Positions 11,786 through 24,967 are shown, counted from the whole stretch's first letter. The stretch is DNA of 63,927 nt, filler included, from Lama guanicoe (GCA_013239625.1; 74 parts of 72 records of this genome joined end to end with filler, not necessarily neighbours in it); one strand, 5' to 3'. Notes: generated from the letters alone by a model not told the origin. Program-made: numbers and translations.

Positions 11786-13157
11786 NNNNNNNNNNNNNNN
11801 NNNNNNNNNNNNNNNNNNNNNNNNNNNNNNNNNNNNNNNNNNNNNNNNNNNNNNNNNNNNNNNNNNNNNNNNNNNNNNNNNNNNNNNNNNNNNNNNNNNN
11901 NNNNNNNNNNNNNNNNNNNNNNNNNNNNNNNNNNNNNNNNNNNNNNNNNNNNNNNNNNNNNNNNNNNNNNNNNNNNNNNNNNNNNNNNNNNNNNNNNNNN
12001 NNNNNNNNNNNNNNNNNNNNNNNNNNNNNNNNNNNNNNNNNNNNNNNNNNNNNNNNNNNNNNNNNNNNNNNNNNNNNNNNNNNNNNNNNNNNNNNNNNNN
12101 NNNNNNNNNNNNNNNNNNNNNNNNNNNNNNNNNNNNNNNNNNNNNNNNNNNNNNNNNNNNNNNNNNNNNNNNNNNNNNNNNNNNNNNNNNNNNNNNNNNN
12201 NNNNNNNNNNNNNNNNNNNNNNNNNNNNNNNNNNNNNNNNNNNNNNNNNNNNNNNNNNNNNNNNNNNNNNNNNNNNNNNNNNNNNNNNNNNNNNNNNNNN
12301 NNNNNNNNNNNNNNNNNNNNNNNNNNNNNNNNNNNNNNNNNNNNNNNNNNNNNNNNNNNNNNNNNNNNNNNNNNNNNNNNNNNNNNNNNNNNNNNNNNNN
12401 NNNNNNNNNNNNNNNNNNNNNNNNNNNNNNNNNNNNNNNNNNNNNNNNNNNNNNNNNNNNNNNNNNNNNNNNNNNNNNNNNNNNNNNNNNNNNNNNAAAG
12501 TGCACATTGGGGTTGGTTTCATTTCTTGGAATTCCAGCCCCCATGAAACAAATGGATCCATGTCCTGAGAGTGCGGGTGTTTCAGCAGAAATCAGGCGAC
12601 GCATATGTGTTCCGGGTGTACGGATATTATAGGAACATAAGTCTCCTTTCGTGGGTCACTGTGTATTGTGAACTGTTAGAAAGTTTAAAGACGTGTGAAA
12701 GCATCAACTGAAAAGGGACACACTTCCCTCCATTGGTACTGTGCATACAGATCTGAACCAAAGGAAAGAGGGAAGAAGAAAGGCCCATGGGACGCTAGTG
12801 GGTAGAATCACATTTACCTTAGGAACCTCTCGTCGGATGCAGCCCCTCCCCCAAGACTGACAAGATGCAGCAGCCATTGGGGATGGCAGATACCGCTTGG
12901 ATTCCAGGTGGAATGTTGGTGTGCACCGCGAGGCTTGTTCTGGCAGTTGGATCCTAGGTAACCGGGCAAAGTTCTCTGGGTGGATCAGTTTGATGGAGGG
13001 GCTGCCGGCGTCTGTGGAGCTTGGCTTATGTGTTTGGTCCGGGAAGCTGTGTAAGTTNNNNNNNNNNNNNNNNNNNNNNNNNNNNNNNNNNNNNNNNNNN
13101 NTTAATTAATTAANNNNNNNNNNNNNNNNNNNNNNNNNNNNNNNNNNNNNNNNNNNN

Positions 13158-13907
13158 TATTCTCCGGCGCTGAGCACCCAGGCAGGGGCAGAGGCGAAAC
13201 CTGCGTTCGCACCGAAGGGCTTAGCAGCCTCAGGGGCCAGACTGAGATGGGCCTACAGCCCGGGGCAGGTGGGATCATTCCGTCCTGGTCCCTCGGAGAA
13301 CTTGCTCCGCAGGGACAGTCAGGGAGCTGGGTCTTGGCTCAGAGCAGGGACTAGGCTGCCCCTAGGTCTTCTCCGAGCCCACCCGCGGAGCGCGGCCAGG
13401 GCGGAGCGCCGACCAGGGCAGAGCGCGCAGCCGCACAGAGCAGCGGAGCTGCTGGCGGTGCAGGCAGAGGGAGAGTGGCCCCCCGCCTGTCGGGCAGGAA
13501 CACAGCCCTTGACCCAGGTGCTGGGAGGGGGCACGACCCGCCCTCCTGCCTGGCCAGTCTGCAACATCTGACTGCGTCATCCGGAGGGGCAGTGACCCGC
13601 CCGCCCGCAGCAGAGGAGAGCTGCATCTGACCCCGTGTTAGGAGGAGGCGCGATCTGCTTGCCGACAGGTGCTGGGAGCAGCACAGAAGAGGGCGAACGG
13701 AGGGCCTCTGAAAACAAGCTGAGCTTCCAAAACAGGACGAAGACAGAAGGACTTCACATTAAAAGCACACAGACTCCAGGAGAACACCGACAACCCCTTT
13801 TTTTCCCTTTTGTTTTTTGTTTTTGTTTTTGTTTTTGTTTTTTGTTTGTTTGTTTTGTTTTTTTTAAAATCTGTTTTTACCTGTTCTATGTTCAATTGCT
13901 CTCTTAA
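13158..13907 (+). mobile_element. Young LINE-1 5' UTR (CpG-rich internal promoter plus T-rich tract)
   Basis: CpG-dense segment with GC boxes and a CRE/AP1-like tgcgtca (13573), followed by a (TTTTTG)n tract like those upstream of ORF1 in laurasiatherian L1s. No consistent coding frame. Family assignment is from recall. Confidence 0.65.
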
Positions 13908-14965
13908 NNNNNNNNNNNNNNNNNNNNNNNNNNNNNNNNNNNNNNNNNNNNTTAATTAATTAANNNNNNNNNNNNNNNNNNNNNNNNNNNNNNNNNNNNN
14001 NNNNNNNAAAGATGGTGGTTGAGCAACATTGTGAATGTGCTAAATGCCTCTGAATTTAAAGTGCTTAATTTTATGTTATATGAATTTCATCTCAAAAATA
14101 AAACAAACCCACAAAAAAGCACAATCAAACCCCACGACAGTATTCTTATTTTATGTCTTTGTTCACTTGCCCCATGCATACAATGGTCTGCAACAATGTC
14201 CATCAAATTCCCCATCATGATAGCATGGCTGGTCAACACATAGCTTTTATCCTGATTGGTAGAATTTCAATTATTTAATAAGAAAAAACAAATATATGTG
14301 TGCTGATAGTGCTGATTTTCAAGAATTTTAAAGATATTGAATTAGACAAATGACCTGAACGGGGAAGAAAGAAGGTGGACAGGCAAGTCGGGCAGCCTCG
14401 TTAGCCCCACTGGCCAATGGCAGGACTGCTTTCCTGCTGATGTCAGGAACCAGGGCCCCAAATTCCAGATTCGCTAAGCATTAGACTCTGCTCCAGTCCC
14501 TAAGAAGCTCAGGTAATTGACTCAGCCTTGGCAGGCAGGGCGGGAGGAAAAGTGAGGACAGATTCTCCCTGAGGTTGCCCAATGCCTCGAAGTGTCCCCA
14601 GGGGTCCCAACATCCCTGTAGCAGAGGCAGAGGCAGAGGGACCACAGTGAGAGAAGGAAGCAGGCAGGGAGCAGAAGCAGCATAAATAATGGAGGTCAAG
14701 CTCAGGCAAAGGCCACCACGTGGCTGGCACACTCAGGGTGGCAGGCTCCATGCCTTACAGCCCTCATCTGCAAGGAAACATCAAATCAGGACCTCCAACT
14801 TGAGTAAGGCAGAAGTAGGTGCAGAGCCTGGAGCCCCAGGTGAGTCATTGTCCCTCTCTTCCACTNNNNNNNNNNNNNNNNNNNNNNNNNNNNNNNNNNN
14901 NNNNNNNNNTTAATTAATTAANNNNNNNNNNNNNNNNNNNNNNNNNNNNNNNNNNNNNNNNNNNN

Positions 14966-15446
14966 AGGGATGTGTTAGAAAAAGAAAAGAAAGGATAGTT
15001 TTTAGGCCTTCTTTGGGGGAGTGTGAAGGTTTTGTCATGCAGATGGCCTCCTCTTCCTCTGGAGGATGGAGAGCACCCATGGGAGATACTATCTCTCTAG
15101 TGTTAACTGGAAAATTTGTACTGACTGATTAAGATTACATTTCTGGGGAAAGGTGACACTGCATTTGGGTGAATGTTAAGTCTAGGTTTGGTATCATGGG
15201 CTTTTAGCACAACTGACACCACTTTGAGTCTGTGGCTTTCATTTTAACTCTTTCAACAACTATTCTCCACTAGATCCCCTAGGGTAGGCCCTCAGTTTAA
15301 GAAAAGCTTACAGTGCCCCCTAGAGGCCAAAACCTTAAGAAAGAAAGGAACAGTTATGAAACCAAACTGGAGTTCGCTAACCCAGTGGGTAGCAAAACCA
15401 ATCTACTGACAGGGGATTGTGGTGAAAGAAAGTGCAGCATTTATTT
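14966..15446 (-). mobile_element. ERV1-like LTR pieces (one boundary at ~15258, a second LTR 3' end from ~15353)
   Basis: tttcaaca terminus at ~15258. 15353-15446 is an antisense LTR end similar to 55790-55856, with tttatt (AATAAA on minus). Confidence 0.55.
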
Positions 15447-15714
15447 NNNNNNNNNNNNNNNNNNNNNNNNNNNNNNNNNNNNNNNNNNNNTTAATTAATT
15501 AANNNNNNNNNNNNNNNNNNNNNNNNNNNNNNNNNNNNNNNNNNNNTATAAAAAAGTTGAGATAGCAAAAATAACTTTCTTTTCTAATATTTACATATTA
15601 AAGTTTTAACAGTGAATATTTATCAATCATAAGTCTTTATATTTTCAGTAAAATATAAAATTATAATGGAGAAAAAGTAAGCAAAAAATGATTCAAATAA
15701 AAATGCTAAGGGGA

Positions 15715-15913
15715 ATAATCGTTTATAACATTTGCCATCTACCTCTGCTTGGTACTATAACCAATCACAAGCCACTGTAGCCGCTGACCTCCAACACTCC
15801 CTGAAAGTTCACAGTGGAGATAAGGAATGGGGCACTTTGTGCTGTTGGAAAAATGACAAAATACAGCTTCAGATAAATGTTTTCAGGAGAAGATTTTATA
15901 AGCCCCAATTCTT
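15715..15913 (+). mobile_element. LTR fragment
   Basis: Composition shifts from AT-rich flank; loosely resembles the LTR at 5238-5682. Confidence 0.4.
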
Positions 15914-16933
15914 NNNNNNNNNNNNNNNNNNNNNNNNNNNNNNNNNNNNNNNNNNNNTTAATTAATTAANNNNNNNNNNNNNNNNNNNNNNNNNNNNNNN
16001 NNNNNNNNNNNNNCTTTGCAGAGTTTCTGGAGTACATCAGAACAAGCAGGAACCAAAAATAGTTTTAAGACAGCACCAGTATAGATGTTGCTTATAGTAT
16101 GGTATCTGTCTTAAAGTTAATTCTTTAAAGCAGGAAGCTGTAACTCTCAATTTCTTAAGCAAATATAAACATTCTTGACCCTTAATGACATTCTTTGTGG
16201 GGTGAAGCTGCTTTTTCTTACATTCTGAGCATTGAAAGGCCTTCTATGATACTTCTGCCAGTCCACAATATTTTATTTTCCCTCTGTTGTGAACTTGTTA
16301 TTAAACTTGAAGCAGATATAAATATCATTAACTTGCTACATATGGAGATATTCAGTGTTACATAGTCAGAAAGTTTGTTTACATCTCACGTTTCTACATA
16401 ATTCCCCCCTTTCCAACTGAGTTCCTGATGAAAGGATGGTGGGAAGTGGCATTATGCGGATATGTCTTACAGTACACAGTGTTTCCCCTGTTCCCTCTAC
16501 CAGATCTGGATGTTCTTTCGTGTTTCAGCTTCTANNNNNNNNNNNNNNNNNNNNNNNNNNNNNNNNNNNNNNNNNNNNNNNNNNNNNNNNNNNNNNNNNN
16601 NNNNNNNNNNNNNNNNNNNNNNNNNNNNTAGGGAGTAGCGTGCATCATCCCATTCTTCCACTCCAGCTCTGATCCCACCCCCTGGAGGCAGTGTCTTGCA
16701 CGAATTCATTTGTAAGTTACTTTTTAAAACTCGAGTGGTCGGGAAATAGGACTGATGTCCACACCTAGTAGGCAGGCTCTCAAAGACAACTTCTATGGTT
16801 AATGCCAGGTTATCTTAATGTTTGAGTACCTGGNNNNNNNNNNNNNNNNNNNNNNNNNNNNNNNNNNNNNNNNNNNNTTAATTAATTAANNNNNNNNNNN
16901 NNNNNNNNNNNNNNNNNNNNNNNNNNNNNNNNN

Positions 16934-17917
16934 GAAAATAGAATAAAGAAAAAAGAATTCAGAACCCAGAATTTAGAACATGTAATGCAGAACACAGAAT
17001 ACAGAATAAAGAAAACATTACACAGATCACAGAATTTAGAACATGGATTTCAGATTTAGAATTTAGAATATAGAATACAGAATAAAGAATGTAGAATATA
17101 GAATGTAGAACACAGAATATAGTATATAGAATACAGAATGCAGAACACAGAATTTAGAAGATGGAATTCAGGACACAGAGTTTAGAATATAGGTTAAAAT
17201 ATACATAAAATAGAATGTAGAATACAGAATACATAATACATAATATAGAATATAGAATACAGAATGCAGAAACCAGAATTAACGACATGGAATTCAGAAC
17301 ACAGGATATAGATTACAGTATAAAGTAATAAAATGTAGAAATTAGAATGCAGAACACAGAGTATAAAAAATAGATTTCTGAATACATCACCCAGAATATA
17401 AAACATTGAATGCAGAACTCAGAATATAGAATATAGAATTCAGAATATAGAATGTAGAATACAGAATGTAGAACACAGAATATAGAATATAGGATAAAGA
17501 ACCCAAAATTTAGAACATGGAATGCAGAACACTGATTATAGAATTTAGAATACTGAACAGAGAANNNNNNNNNNNNNNNNNNNNNGAAGACAGAATATAG
17601 AATATACATTTCAGATTATAGAATGTAGAATATAGAATATAGAACACAGAATACAGAATATAGAATACAGAATGCAGAACCCAGAATTTGCAACATGGAA
17701 TGCAGAACACAGAATGTATAATACAGAATTCAGAATATAGAATGTTGAATATAGAATTAGAACACAGAATATAGAATGCAGACTATAGAAGCCAGAATTA
17801 AGAAGATGGAATTCAGAACAAAGAATTTATAAGCAGAATAAAGAATATACAATATAAAATGTAGAATACAGTTTGTTGAAAACAAAATATAGAATATAAT
17901 ATACAGAATACAGAACC
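16934..17917. repeat. Satellite A (heptamer), more diverged array
   Basis: (T/C)A(T/C)AGAA periodicity; agaatttagaacatggaa landmarks. Confidence 0.95.
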
Positions 17918-19258
17918 NNNNNNNNNNNNNNNNNNNNNNNNNNNNNNNNNNNNNNNNNNNNTTAATTAATTAANNNNNNNNNNNNNNNNNNNNNNNNNNN
18001 NNNNNNNNNNNNNNNNNAAAATCATTCACTAATCGGTGTAGCTCCAGGACATAACGGTGATGGATCAGGGAGTCCTGCAGCATCCCATCCTGCAGGCACA
18101 AACCCCACATGTGCCCTGGTGATGTCCGGGAATTAAAATGCATGGAAATATCTCACTGCTGGTACACGATGTCTGCCCTCAAATTGTCCCAAAATCATGC
18201 TGGCAAAGCACTACTCAACCCGCTCACTACAAAAAAAAAAAAAAAANNNNNNNNNNNNNNNNNNNNNNNNNNNNNNNNNNNNNNNNNNNNNNNNNNNNNN
18301 NNNNNNNNNNNNNNNNNNNNNNNNNNNNNNNNNNNNNNNNNNNNNNNNNNNNNNNNNNNNNNNNNNNNNNNNNNNNNNNNNNNNNNNNNNNNNNNNNNNN
18401 NNNNNNNNNNNNNNNNNNNNNNNNNNNNNNNNNNNNNNNNNNNNNNNNNNNNNNNNNNNNNNNNNNNNNNNNNNNNNNNNNNNNNNNNNNNNNNNNNNNN
18501 NNNNNNNNNNNNNNNNNNNNNNNNNNNNNNNNNNNNNNNNNNNNNNNNNNNNNNNNNNNNNNNNNNNNNNNNNNNNNNNNNNNNNNNNNNNNNNNNNNNN
18601 NNNNNNNNNNNNNNNNNNNNNNNNNNNNNNNNNNNNNNNNNNNNNNAATACTGACAAGGATGTGCTATTAAGTAATGCAAAGGCTCTAACTCCACATTAG
18701 CTCAGAAAGCAAAGAAACTACACCAAACACTTACTTTAACAATTTTATATATTCCTGTTCTTTTGAATATTAAAGTTCTTAAAAGATATGATTTTTTTTT
18801 GAAAAAGACAACAGCTGTATTAAATTACCTCTCAGCAAGAAAGCAATCTTTATCAAGAATAAAAATCACTATGGAAATCGAAATGACAGGACGTTTCTAG
18901 CTAAGTAAACATCCAGATCTGAAAACAAACCTAAATCCTATCAGATCTCACTCGAACGAGCTCAACAAAGTCCTGGGCTACACTGGAAATTAGCTCTTCT
19001 GTTCCAAATGTTGGCTGAGCTAAGATCATCACACAAGGCAGGGAAGGAGAGAAGACGAAAGTCCACCTGGTGGCCTCCATCGGTTTTCTTCCAGCCANNN
19101 NNNNNNNNNNNNNNNNNNNNNNNNNNNNNNNNNNNNNNNNNNNNNNNNNNNNNNNNNNNNNNNNNNNNNNNNNNNNNNNNNNNNNNNNNNNNNNNNNNNN
19201 NNNNNNNNNNNNNNNNNNNNNNNNNNNNNNNNNNNNNNNNNNNNNNNNNNNNNNNNNN

Positions 19259-19265
19259 ACACACA

Positions 19266-19293
<28 letters not shown>
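19259..19293. repeat. (CA)n microsatellite
   Basis: Visible dinucleotide run abutting an assembly gap. Confidence 0.95.
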
Positions 19294-19297
<4 letters not shown>

Positions 19298-21892
19298 CCA
19301 CGGCAGCCTTCCCAAATCACAAATTTGATTACATCACCCCACTTCAAACCCTTCAGAGGCTCCCTGGTGGAGTTCTAGCCCCACCACTGACCCTGCTCGC
19401 CCAGCCTCACATCAGGACCCAGGTTCCCAGTGAACTCAGGGGCCCCCTGACCTGCTCCTACTTGACACTTTCCTCCAAGCTTATTTTGACTGTTTCCCAA
19501 GGAAGCCTTCCTTCCCTCCANNNNNNNNNNNNNNNNNNNNNNNNNNNNNNNNNNNNNNNNNNNNTTAATTAATTAANNNNNNNNNNNNNNNNNNNNNNNN
19601 NNNNNNNNNNNNNNNNNNNNCAGGTCTTCCATTGACCATATTCCACGTTTTGCACTACCCTGGCCCTCCTTTGGGCTTGAACCCATAATATTTGCATGAG
19701 GTGTTTGCAAAGTAGGAAGGGGGGGGGGNNNNNNNNNNNNNNNNNNNNNNNNNNNNNNNNNNNNNNNNNNNNNNNNNNNNNNNNNNNNNNNNNNNNNNNN
19801 CAAAAGTTATCAGGATGTTCTCAAAGAGCACAAGACACTATCTCTTCTAGACTTAAATGTCATTTTTTCATGTTTTCGAAACATGTTTTTGAGTGTATTT
19901 TTACTGAGTGATATTTCAGACTTTTAAGGAACATAGCAATAGATCAGAAAAAGTGAATTCCAACTGCAGAAGATATCATTTGGCTACACTATTATTTTTT
20001 TTAAGCGCAGATAAATGGTGAGAAGCAGTACATCTGAACTTTGTAGTTTAAATGGCAGAATCACGCACTGCTGTTGAAATTGCTATCAGATTTAGGAAGA
20101 AATAAGCGTAATTCCTTTCAATTAGTAGTCGCTCGTATATGATAAAAATGAGCTATTTTCCCAGCAAAGAAATGGATATATATCTTTAAAACCAGTTCTA
20201 CAGGTAAAAATGGTACTAGGGAAAATCCTTAAATTTAATGCAAATGATAAGTAATCCTGAACTTTGTGANNNNNNNNNNNNNNNNNNNNNNNNNNNNNNN
20301 NNNNNNNNNNNNNTTAATTAATTAANNNNNNNNNNNNNNNNNNNNNNNNNNNNNNNNNNNNNNNNNNNNAAATTTAACTTATTGGAGGATTGAATAAGAT
20401 ATATTTACCAATACAAAAAATTCTCTTATTCATATACAGTTATCATTCTCAGACTCTGTTTCAGATTCATTTTTATAAGTAACATTTACAAAAATGACTT
20501 GTTTCAACCCAAAAATCAGTTGTTAAAAACTATTCAAGAGCTAGCATATGTTTAGAAGAAAGTGGCTTTTTTTTTTATTGAAGAAATGTGATTTATCAGG
20601 TTGCCAAAGTGGAGGTTCCTATGAAAGTGTGCATCATACAAATAAACAGCATTTGAACAAATATAGCCATAAAAAATCACAAAAAGTGCATGCTGTTGGT
20701 GTTCTACGCAAGAATGATATTCTCCCCAATTTTGGGAAAGCCCACTGTCTGGCATTTCAAAGAAGCCCGATGAAAGCCAAGTTAAGAGGAAAAATACAAT
20801 GCAGAAAAGNNNNNNNNNNNNNNNNNNNNNNNNNNNNNNNNNNNNNNNNNNNNTTAATTAATTAANNNNNNNNNNNNNNNNNNNNNNNNNNNNNNNNNNN
20901 NNNNNNNNNGCGTTCATTTCAGCTAAACAAACTCCGCTCCGGCACCAAGGTAGGAAGGGAGGGCGCTTGTGGCCAGGTTGACTCGGCCTCGTTGATCATA
21001 CTCATTCCCCATTAAGCGGCAGCGGTCACGGGCACTTACATAGTAAACAGATGTCGGCCATAATCATCATGCACTTTGCTTGGTAGTTTTATTGGCCTCA
21101 CATTTGAGATGAGGTCATTGAAGCTGGGGAGTTTGCTGCATGCCCGTGATTACATTGGAAATACCCCCACTGGTCTTTCAACATAGACTGGTGTGGCTGT
21201 TATACCCCAGCCTTGTGAATGGCATCGTGTAGCTTCTACCAAGTGGCCCAAATGACTGACATTGATTTTCTTAATCCGTAGGAAATGGTATGTGACAATA
21301 AGTGGAAAAAGGTAGTACGAAATTGTTTGGAAAACTAGAACAAAATCCAATACTTCCCCAGCTAGGGTAGCGTACTCAGTGTCACTCATCCCACTCACAG
21401 CCTGACACCTCCTCCCTGCAGACCCTGTGTTCAGAAGCCACTCTGATCATATGAAGAACATTTTGCCTCGTGTCACTATTGACTAAGACCTGTGACCTCT
21501 CTGTCCCTGGTTATCTCTCTCTTCAAAGCCATTTAAATATGCAGGCTCCTCCGCTCAGATGTAAGAAAAACCTCTTTAAACTTCTTGATGCAGCTCCTTA
21601 ATGAAGATCTTGCGAAGGAAACCTAGTCAAAACCTGGGATGTATGAACATAGTGACTGTAATCTCAGCATTTTGTGACGTTCAGAATCAGAGGGGTGGGA
21701 GACACAGGAAAGGCTTTTTAACGTAGAAAGAGGAAAGTGAAAGGACTCAGGCTGTGTGAGACTGAAACATCTCGGTCCCAGCCAGCAAGGCANNNNNNNN
21801 NNNNNNNNNNNNNNNNNNNNNNNNNNNNNNNNNNNNTTAATTAATTAANNNNNNNNNNNNNNNNNNNNNNNNNNNNNNNNNNNNNNNNNNNN

Positions 21893-22614
21893 CTCTCTTC
21901 AGTCACAGGTGTTCCCTGTTAGGGAGAATTCTGAGAAATACATTCCCTGATTCTTGGGGAGGCAGCCTCTGTCACTGGTATTGCCTGCAAACCCCCTAGC
22001 ATTCCCTGGCACAGAGACATTAGGAAAAAACCCAGGGGAGACGAGCTTAGGCATTCCGTTAGAACCCAAGCGCTGCCGACCTTTGGTGGAATCTCCCCAC
22101 CCTCAGGATTCCGGAACCATTGTCAGTGCGTGGGGGAGAAGAGACAACTCCACGCAGCTCTCTTCAGTCACAGGTGTTCCCTGTTAGGGGGAATTTTGAG
22201 AAATACATTCCCTGACCTTGGGGAGGCAGCCTCTATCCCTGGGATTGCCTGCAAAACCCCCAAGCATTCCCTGGCACAGAGACATTGGGAGAAAACCCAG
22301 GGGAGACGAGCTTAGGCATTCCATTAGAACCCACGCGCTGCCGACCGTTGGTGGAACCTCCCCACGCTCAGGATTCCGGAACCATTTTCAGTGCGTGGGG
22401 AGCTCNNNNNNNNNNNNNNNNNNNNNNNNNNNNNNNNNNNNNNNNNNNNNNNNNNNNNNNNNNNNNNNNNNNNNNNNNNNNNNNNNNNNNNNNNNNNNNN
22501 NNNNNNNNNNNNNNNNNNNNNNNNNNNNNNNNNNNNNNNTCCCTGGCACCATTTGGAAAAAACCTAGGGGAGTCGAACTTAGGCATTCCGTTAGAACCCA
22601 CGTGCTGCCGACCG
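21893..22614 (+). repeat. Satellite B: GC-rich ~267-bp monomer
   Basis: ctctcttcagtcacaggtgttccctg at 21893 and 22158 (265 bp); landmark ggcattccgttagaacccacgcgctgccgaccg. Confidence 0.95.
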
Positions 22615-22714
22615 NNNNNNNNNNNNNNNNNNNNNNNNNNNNNNNNNNNNNNNNNNNNTTAATTAATTAANNNNNNNNNNNNNNNNNNNNNNNNNNNNNN
22701 NNNNNNNNNNNNNN

Positions 22715-23653
22715 CTAGCTTGAAGGGAACACAAAGTTTATTTTCAGTTGCAAACTGCACTCCGTATTAATATATGGGGAGGTACAACCTCCAACTCGGT
22801 TTTACAGTGAAAACCGCAGGAACTTCAAACCGGCTCTAGGAAACAGACTGAGAAACCAGAGAAAGGGTTTCTCCTGAAACCCGGTCCATTTGTGCTGGAT
22901 GAAAGAAAGTCTCTCCACATGCTCAGTTCTGAGAGATAAGTGTGTGTGAAAGCCGTCCTTCACCTAGCTTGAAGGGAACACAAAGTTTCTTTTCAGTTGA
23001 AAACTCCACTCCATACTTATATATGGGGAGGTACAAGCTCCAAATCGGTTTTACAGTGAAAACCGCAGAAACTTCAAACCGGCACTAGGAAACAGACTGA
23101 GACCAGAGTAAGTGTTTCTCCTGCAACCCGTTCCCTATGTGCTGGATGAACGAACGTCTCTCCACAAGATAAGTGTGTGTGAAAGCCGTACTTCACCTAG
23201 CTTTAAGGGAACACAATGTTTCTTTTCAGTTGCTAACTCCACTTCATACATATATATGGGTATGTACAAGCTCCAAATCGGTTTTAAAGTGAAAATAGCA
23301 GGAACTTCAAACCGGCACTAGGAAACAGACTGAGAAACCTGAGTAAGTGTTTCTCCTGAAAACCGTTCCCTTTGTGCTGGATGAAAGAACGTCTCTCCAC
23401 ATGCTCAGTTCTCAGTTCTGAGAGATAAGTGTGTGTGAAAGCCGTCCTTCACCTAGCTTGAAGGGAACACAAAATTTCTTTTCAGTTGCAAACTCCACTC
23501 CGAACATATATACGGGGAGGTACAAGCTCCAACTCGGTTTTACAGTGAAAACCGCAGGAACATCATACCGGTACTAGGAAACAGACTGAGAAACCTGAGT
23601 AAGTGTTTCTCCTGAAAACCGTTCCCTTTGTGCTGGATGAAAGAACGTCTCTC
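22715..23653 (+). repeat. Satellite C: ~249-bp monomer
   Basis: ctagctt(g/t)aagggaacacaa at 22715, 22964, 23197 and 23453 (249, 233, 256 bp). Confidence 0.95.
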
Positions 23654-23753
23654 NNNNNNNNNNNNNNNNNNNNNNNNNNNNNNNNNNNNNNNNNNNNTTA
23701 ATTAATTAANNNNNNNNNNNNNNNNNNNNNNNNNNNNNNNNNNNNNNNNNNNN

Positions 23754-24967
23754 GGTTGCAGGAGAAACACTTACTCTGGTTTCTCAGTCTGTTTCCTAGT
23801 GGAGGTTTGAAGAGCCTGCCGTTTTCACTATAACACCGAGTTGGAGCTTGTACCTCCCCATATATATGTATGGAGTGGAGTTGGCAACTGAAAAGAAACT
23901 TTGTGTTCCCTTNNNNNNNNNNNNNNNNNNNNNNNNNNNNNNNNNNNNNNNNNNNNNNNNNNNNNNNNNNNNNNNNNNNNNNNNNNNNNNNNNNNNNNNN
24001 NNNNNNNNNNNNNNNNNNNNNNNNNNNNNNNNNNNNNNNNNNNNNNNNNNNNNNNNNNNNNNNNNNNNNNNNNNNNNNNNNNNNNNNNNNNNNNNNNNNN
24101 NNNNNNNNNNNNNNNNNNNNNNNNNNNNNNNNNNNNNNNNNNNNNNNNNNNNNNNNNNNNNNNNNNNNNNNNNNNNNNNNNNNNNNNNNNNNNNNNNNNN
24201 NNNNNNNNNNNNNNNNNNNNNNNNNNNNNNNNNNNNNNNNNNNNNNNNNNNNNNNNNNNNNNNNNNNNNNNNNNNNNNNNNNNNNNNNNNNNNNNNNNNN
24301 NNNNNNNNNNNNNNNNNNNNNNNNNNNNNNNNNNNNNNNNNNNNNNNNNNNNNNNNNNNNNNNNNNNNNNNNNNNNNNNNNNNNNNNNNNNNNNNNNNNN
24401 NNNNNNNNNNNNNNNNNNNNNNNNNNNNNNNNNNNNNNNNNNNNNNNNNNNNNNNNNNNNNNNNNNNNNNNNNNNNNNNNNNNNNNNNNNNNNNNNNNNN
24501 NNNNNNNNNNNNNNNNNNNNNNNNNNNNNNNNNNNNNNNNNNNNNNNNNNNNNNNNNNNNNNNNNNNNNNNNNNNNNNNNNNNNNNNNNNNNNNNNNNNN
24601 NNNNNNNNNNNNNNNNNNNNNNNNNNNNNNNNNNNNNNNNNNNNNNNNNNNNNNNNNNNNNNNNNNNNNNNNNNNNNNNNNNNNNNNNNNNNNNNNNNNN
24701 NNNNNNNNGAGAGACGTTCGTTCATCCAGCACAAAGGGAACGGTTTGCAGGAGAAACACTTTCTCTGGTTTCTCAGTCTGTTTCCTAGTGCCGGTTTGAA
24801 GTGCCTGCCGTTTTCACTGTAAAACCGGGTTGGAGCTTGTACCTCCCCATATATATGTATGGATGGAGTTGGCAACTGAAAAGAAGCTTAGTGTTCCCTT
24901 CAATCTAGTTGAAGGACGGCTTTCGCACACACCTATCTCTCAGAACTGAGCATGTGGAGAGACGTTC
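23754..24967 (-). repeat. Satellite C, reverse orientation
   Basis: Reverse complement of the 22715-23653 monomer (ggagaaacacttactctggtttctcagtctgtttcctagtg). Confidence 0.95.

Noticed and set aside
11728..12604. Long ORFs of 270-360 aa here and at 23698-24875, 34628-35373 and 49299-50102
   Set aside because: Composed mostly of X from N gaps; the flanks are satellite or L1 sequence.
13269..13626. Overlapping GC-rich ORFs on both strands
   Set aside because: Low-complexity A/G/P/R peptides expected from GC-rich DNA; better explained as an L1 5' UTR.
22715..24967. Apparent large inverted repeat of satellite C (likewise 56476-57669)
   Set aside because: The arms are on different contigs separated by the linker, so orientation is arbitrary.
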